A stretch of 45,415 bases of DNA, from the NCBI GenBank assembly GCA_040143965.1, contig JASJQH010006901.1, forward strand, positions 1 through 45,415. Reading direction: 5' to 3'. The translations under genes and the position numbers were made by a program. The notes under the pieces were generated by a model. It worked only from the letters and a program-made list of their open reading frames with translations. It was not told the DNA's origin and searched no databases. Shown here piece after piece: positions 39,348 to 45,415 of this stretch. How positions within the stretch are numbered: the first letter of the stretch is position 1; the number at the start of each line of letters is the position of its first letter. This DNA is from Basidiobolus ranarum (Eukaryota).

Positions 39348-39401
39348 CAGATGATGCCTCTGATAATCCGCTTCTCTCCCAGATGATGCCTCTGATAATC
39401 C
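39348..39401. repeat. 22-bp direct repeat with 10-bp spacer
   Basis: CAGATGATGCCTCTGATAATCC at 39348-39369 and 39380-39401. Confidence 0.9.
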
Positions 39402-39640
39402 CTGTGATCAATATGTCACATCATCATTTCATTCAAATCTCTTTCACCCTATTGTTGTTTACACACATACGGCGCACATACTACTTGGCTTGATATTCAA
39501 GTACAGTCAACTACAACCGAAAGAAACGACAAATCTTTAAAACGTCCAAAATACGTTAGAACGGAGTATTTATTTATTCGATCACTATGTTGGTATTCGA
39601 CTTGAAGCTTTGACGCAGTGGATAACGCAATAGACAAAAA

Positions 39641-40675
39641 TCAAATTCTAAATAAATACCAAATAAGGAATACGAGGAGGAAGTAAACTGAGCGTATAGG
39701 AGTGTTATGAGCAGTAATTGCCTCACTTCTACTTGATGAAAGGGTGAAATTGGAATTCAACACGCGGTCAATGACATGTAGTACTCCGTTGTTGAGTATT
39801 ATGTTTCCTCTCTTGATTATAGCATTGTTGACAAATATTCTACCATCTCTTATCCGTATGGTTAAGTTTTCTCCTGAGCCAGTGATGTATTGGTCTAGAT
39901 TGGACATCTGTTGGGTAAATATCAACGAAGGAGTTATGACATGATATCGAATCAAATCCACTTCGGATTTGGCGGATAATGGGTGTTGACCCGACGAGTT
40001 GGTAAATTTCCAAGCTGAATTCTCGGGCACAAAGTAGGTAACACCTACCAGCTGATCTATAGATGTAGCCAGTTGAGATGCATTGGTGAAATTTAAGAAA
40101 TCGGTTAAGTTTAAGGCGCTTAGTGTCTGGCTTGGGTAATGAGGTGGGGTAAATACGCTATTCACAACGTGAAGCAGCCCGTTAGAAGAAGGCAAGTCGG
40201 GTGTAGTAACATTCGCAGACCCAACACCAAAGCTCACTTGATATTGCCGAATAGGTCGTTTGACTACACTCAACTCTAAATTTTGGGTTTGTCCAACTGG
40301 TAAATGTACAAATCTTGGATCTTCAAACAAAGTGCTGATAACCTCTGAGGCCACTACTCCCTCGAATTTTTTAATTTCTCGAGACAAGTGATACTTAAAT
40401 ATTGAAGCAACCGTGTTTGCTTCAATCTTGTCGAACGCTACTCCCTGCAATGCCGAATCAAGTGGCGCGAAAACGGTATACGGGTCGGATCCGGTCAAGA
40501 TATTCTTGAATTCCATAAATCCAGGTTGACTTATTATTGAGCTGAATATCTTTAGATTCGGATTGCTAAGAATATTTTGGTAAAGCGTCTGACTAGTGTT
40601 CTGTCCTAAGGCCAGCTGCCAATAGTTTAAGAAAAACCAACCGACTCCATAGAATACACACTTGCTTCTTACCAT
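39641..40675 (-). CDS. Fasciclin (2x FAS1) cell-surface protein with signal peptide and probable GPI/TM tail
   Basis: Two FAS1 motif sets, YTVFAP..YH..NGLLHVVNSV and TYFVP..YH..NGVLHVIDRVL; hydrophobic N- and C-termini; many NxS/T sequons. Confidence 0.92.
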   Translation of the reverse strand: MVRSKCVFYGVGWFFLNYWQLALGQNTSQTLYQNILSNPNLKIFSSIISQPGFMEFKNILTGSDPYTVFAPLDSALQGVAFDKIEANTVASIFKYHLSREIKKFEGVVASEVISTLFEDPRFVHLPVGQTQNLELSVVKRPIRQYQVSFGVGSANVTTPDLPSSNGLLHVVNSVFTPPHYPSQTLSALNLTDFLNFTNASQLATSIDQLVGVTYFVPENSAWKFTNSSGQHPLSAKSEVDLIRYHVITPSLIFTQQMSNLDQYITGSGENLTIRIRDGRIFVNNAIIKRGNIILNNGVLHVIDRVLNSNFTLSSSRSEAITAHNTPIRSVYFLLVFLIWYLFRI

Positions 40676-41465
40676 CTCTTTTGAGATATAGAGGTCAGAT
40701 TGCTCTCCTACTTAAGTGAGAATAGCTGAAGATAAGAAATTCTATTTGAAGTTAAATTAGATACCGAAAGATCTCTACAGCTCTTTCGATGGTTGTTTAC
40801 GAGTGTCAGGGTTAAGAGACAAGTTAAAGTTTAAAAAATCCCAAAAACGGGACGAAATAGAAAGATATCCGAAGAGAACTTCACAAAGTCGTTTCGATGT
40901 CAAGTCTTTCCAAAATGTTTCCGCAACAGAATTAGAGAAGATTTTATGTGTTTGGGATTTAATATTATATCTAAGCGCTGCAAGATCGTGGAATTTCTCC
41001 GACTTGAATTACTTCCTGAGTTGATATCACATTTGGTGTTTAAAGTGATGTTTGGGTTGGAATAAGGTTTAGGATTCCTAAATACATTATTTAGGATTAC
41101 GAGAAGTGGTGATCAGCAAGTTAAGTGATGTTGACTATGATATTCTGTTACTATCTCGCATGTTCAGAAGATACTGTTCCGATTTAATCGAGTCTATTTG
41201 TTCTATTACAGACTCAAACATTGGAAAAGATGCTATCAATGTTAACAATATGCAATATATGATTGACATGTGGGGTAGTGAGCTAAGATCAACAGAATAG
41301 AACGTGATGAGATGCTTCTGCTGAAACAATCAAATTGCTTCCGAGGTATAGAAGGTTAAATTTATTCGCCTTACCTTTGTCTAGCACATTACTACTCTAG
41401 CGTCTCCAAATAGCGAGAGAAGCCTTCATCTATATCACACTTTATCTATATCACACTGAGCCAAG

Positions 41466-42869
41466 ATGAAATATAGAGAAATTCTGTGGTTATTAGCTTG
41501 TATTTCGATTGTGCAGGGTGCTTGTGAGGCTACCAGGAAGCGCTCAGAGATTCGAGAGTTAAGTGAAACGGAGAGAAATTCATTTATTGATTCCGTACTA
41601 GAACTTAAACGGCAGGGAAAATACGATGACTTTGTGTTGCAACATATGGTTGGCTTTCCCTTTGCCCATAACTCGCCTTTATTTTTCCCGTGGCATCGAC
41701 AATATTTACTTAATTTTGAAAATACTCTGCGTAAAATAAATCCGAATGTTACCGTTCCTTATTGGGTAAGTGACGATAATTAATTCATCACAAAATTATG
41801 TAGGCGCAGATGTTAATCTTGTTGAATAGGATTGGACTTTGGATTCCCAAGCGCCCGAGGCTAGTCCGATATTTAAGTGGTTTGGAGGTAATGGAAAAGG
41901 AGAGGACCACTGTGTTGATGATGGACCATTTGCAAACTGGGAAACCTCAGTGCCCAAAAAGAAATGCCTGCAGCGCCAATTTGATTTGCAAAGTGGCTTA
42001 ATTTCGCCATTACAATCCCCTGAGCTTTTAAATGAAGACATAGACACATCAAAGAACTATTCGACCTTACAAATGAATATAGAAATGGGTACACATAGCT
42101 TAGTACATGTTGGAATTGGCGGAAACGAGGGTGATATGAGCTTCGAATTTAGCTCCAATGAGTAAGTCAGAATGGTATTCTAGCTGAGGTTGCCAACAAC
42201 TAATTCGCCATTTTCTCTACATTCGTTCGTAGCCCTATCTTCTGGTTGCTTCATTCGTTTGTGGACAAAATTTGGACCATTTGGCAAACGCGTGATCCTC
42301 AAAACTTGCTTAGTTACGACGGAATAAACCCTATAACAAATAAAGCGGTGGCTTTATCCGACCATCTGGATCTATTTGATGCTAAAGTGGGAGATGTGAT
42401 GGATATCAAAAGCCTCTGCTACCAGTATTCAAAGATACCAAAAATCCATATGCCATCAGGCCAGATTTCCCATACTACCGCACCAACAACTACTCCTAGC
42501 CACACCTCTATTATCAGACCTACACAATCTCCTAAGCCCAATGTGCTTGGAATTATTAAGCGTTTCAATAGAAATACCTCTACTTTGATGAACCTTAATA
42601 AGCGCACGGTATTGTACGGAAACATACCAGCCTATTTCGATATATATGGCGGGCCCGCTCCAGATGATAGAGAAGAAGAATTTCAACTCAGAATTCCTAT
42701 GGGTTTACCACAACAATTCATTGATCGAATGGGCTATTCAACAAACTTAGTTCGTGCCATAGAGATTAGACACGCAGACTTAACACAAAGAATCAATCAA
42801 CTCAAGGACTACATATCCCCCGTTTCCTTGGCCAGGAAAATTGAAACTGAGCGAGTTTTCTTCAATTAA
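41466..42869 (+). CDS. Secreted tyrosinase/type-3 copper protein, 3 exons
   Basis: Exons 41466-41765, 41830-42161, 42233-42869. CuA H..AHNSPLFFPWHR, VPYWDW, CuB HSLVH..SSNDPIFWLLH, CYQY motif and a signal peptide. Confidence 0.93.
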
Positions 42870-43524
42870 ATTGAGGTATTTTCTTCGTTTACCAGTAAGT
42901 AGCAAACTACAGATAATACTTCCCAATACCCATAAATCTTCATACAAACATATCTTTGATTCTATGCTTTAAGGAGCATACTGGCAATACTTGTACATGA
43001 AGATAGCCAATCTTTCATCATACTATGATATAACTGTCAGAGATTGTAAGTCAAATCGGCGTTCTCAATCTGACAGAACACTAAATGAAGATAGTTGGGT
43101 GATTATCGTAATATACCCCTTCATTAGCATGTAGTAAAGTTATAGACTAATTATGGTAAATAAAGGTAATGAGTAATCCTTACAACTATCTTTGCCTGGT
43201 TTACGCTTACGCATACTATTTGTAATATTAACTGGAAAGAGTTTGCAGAATTGGCTTTAACATTACTTGTTGATTATAATGTTGCTACCAAGTCTTGGTA
43301 CAGATAATTATGTTTAAAGAAAGTGTATATGTACATATTCATTAGCTTGGCAAGATAAGGATTTGGGTTAGCTGTCGTCTTACTACAGCTCCAACTACCT
43401 ATTACGTAGTTAGTAAGTTTCGCATACAGTAGTCAACATCACGGACATTTCGTTTAATTCTAACACCCATTGCGTTATATCATCATATATTGAGGCTAAA
43501 CAAATATTCCTATGATCCTTCTTG

Positions 43525-43594
43525 ATATAAATAGTTTAACCATTAAGCGAATTAACATATATCATATAAATAGCTCAACCATTAAGGGAATTAA
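43525..43594. repeat. Imperfect 31-bp direct repeat (39-bp period)
   Basis: ATATAAATAGyTyAACCATTAAGsGAATTAA x2 upstream of the ECT1 start; each copy carries a TATAAA. Confidence 0.8.
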
Positions 43595-43716
43595 TTAAGG
43601 GAATATAAGCATAATGCTCTAGATCATCAATCCAACAGTTTGTAACAGAAAAATCATTAAATTCGACTCTTTACAGTACTGCATAAAATTACTTACAGTC
43701 CGTAACTACTGTATTC

Positions 43717-45036
<1,320 letters not shown>

Positions 45037-45415
45037 AATCAAATTCTACAAGACTGTTTCATCAACAAATGATACCACCAAAAAACAGATCATGTAAAAG
45101 GAGCATCGAATCCTATTCATAATAAATTCATCAAACTTGTTAATGAAAATTAGTATACATCTGGCCAGTAATCTCTAATAGTATAACTGTTATGTTTTTC
45201 TAGTCCATGTAGTTCATTAGTACATTTAGTCTCTGGCCTTCACAAACATTCATGTAAGTATATCATTCAATGTGTTTAGTCTTGATTTATTTATTCAATT
45301 CATGTCACAGCGCCATTACGATTTTCAAAATGAATTCAACTTGAAGTAGACACACAAGTAAGTAAATATATGAGCAGGCTGCCAAATCACCCAAAGAAAC
45401 TCGAGATTAAAAAGC

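Noticed and set aside
40803..41329. Short ORFs between the fasciclin and tyrosinase genes
   Set aside because: Mostly non-ATG starts, no motifs and no splice-supported extension found.

Overview
Gene-dense, AT-rich eukaryotic DNA with short (mostly 55-100 nt) spliceosomal introns, most consistent with an early-diverging fungus (inference). The left edge holds the 5' end of a minus-strand Ty1/copia LTR retrotransposon: LTR, half-tRNA(iMet)-type PBS and gag start. It is followed by 18 protein-coding genes: a C2H2 transcription factor, a 9-exon Mtf1-like mitochondrial transcription factor not evident in the ORF track, complex I 75-kDa subunit, DUF89/ARMT1 phosphatase, PPZ-like phosphatase, PMT, Miro/GEM1, eIF4E, HSE1/STAM, V-ATPase subunit e (absent from the ORF track), COX10, YTM1, an ADIP/SSX2IP-like coiled-coil protein, a 4E-T-like protein, NIT2/NIT3 omega-amidase, a fasciclin protein, a secreted tyrosinase and ethanolamine-phosphate cytidylyltransferase. 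I found no tRNA, rRNA or CRISPR array, and no clear-cut novel multi-gene system. The most interesting items are the 4E-T-like protein with a multiplied short motif, the two hand-assembled hidden genes, a candidate orphan spliced microprotein, a non-canonical GC-AG intron and a PxIxIT-like motif in the zinc-finger protein. Gene models were spliced by hand and product names come from motif recognition, not database searches.
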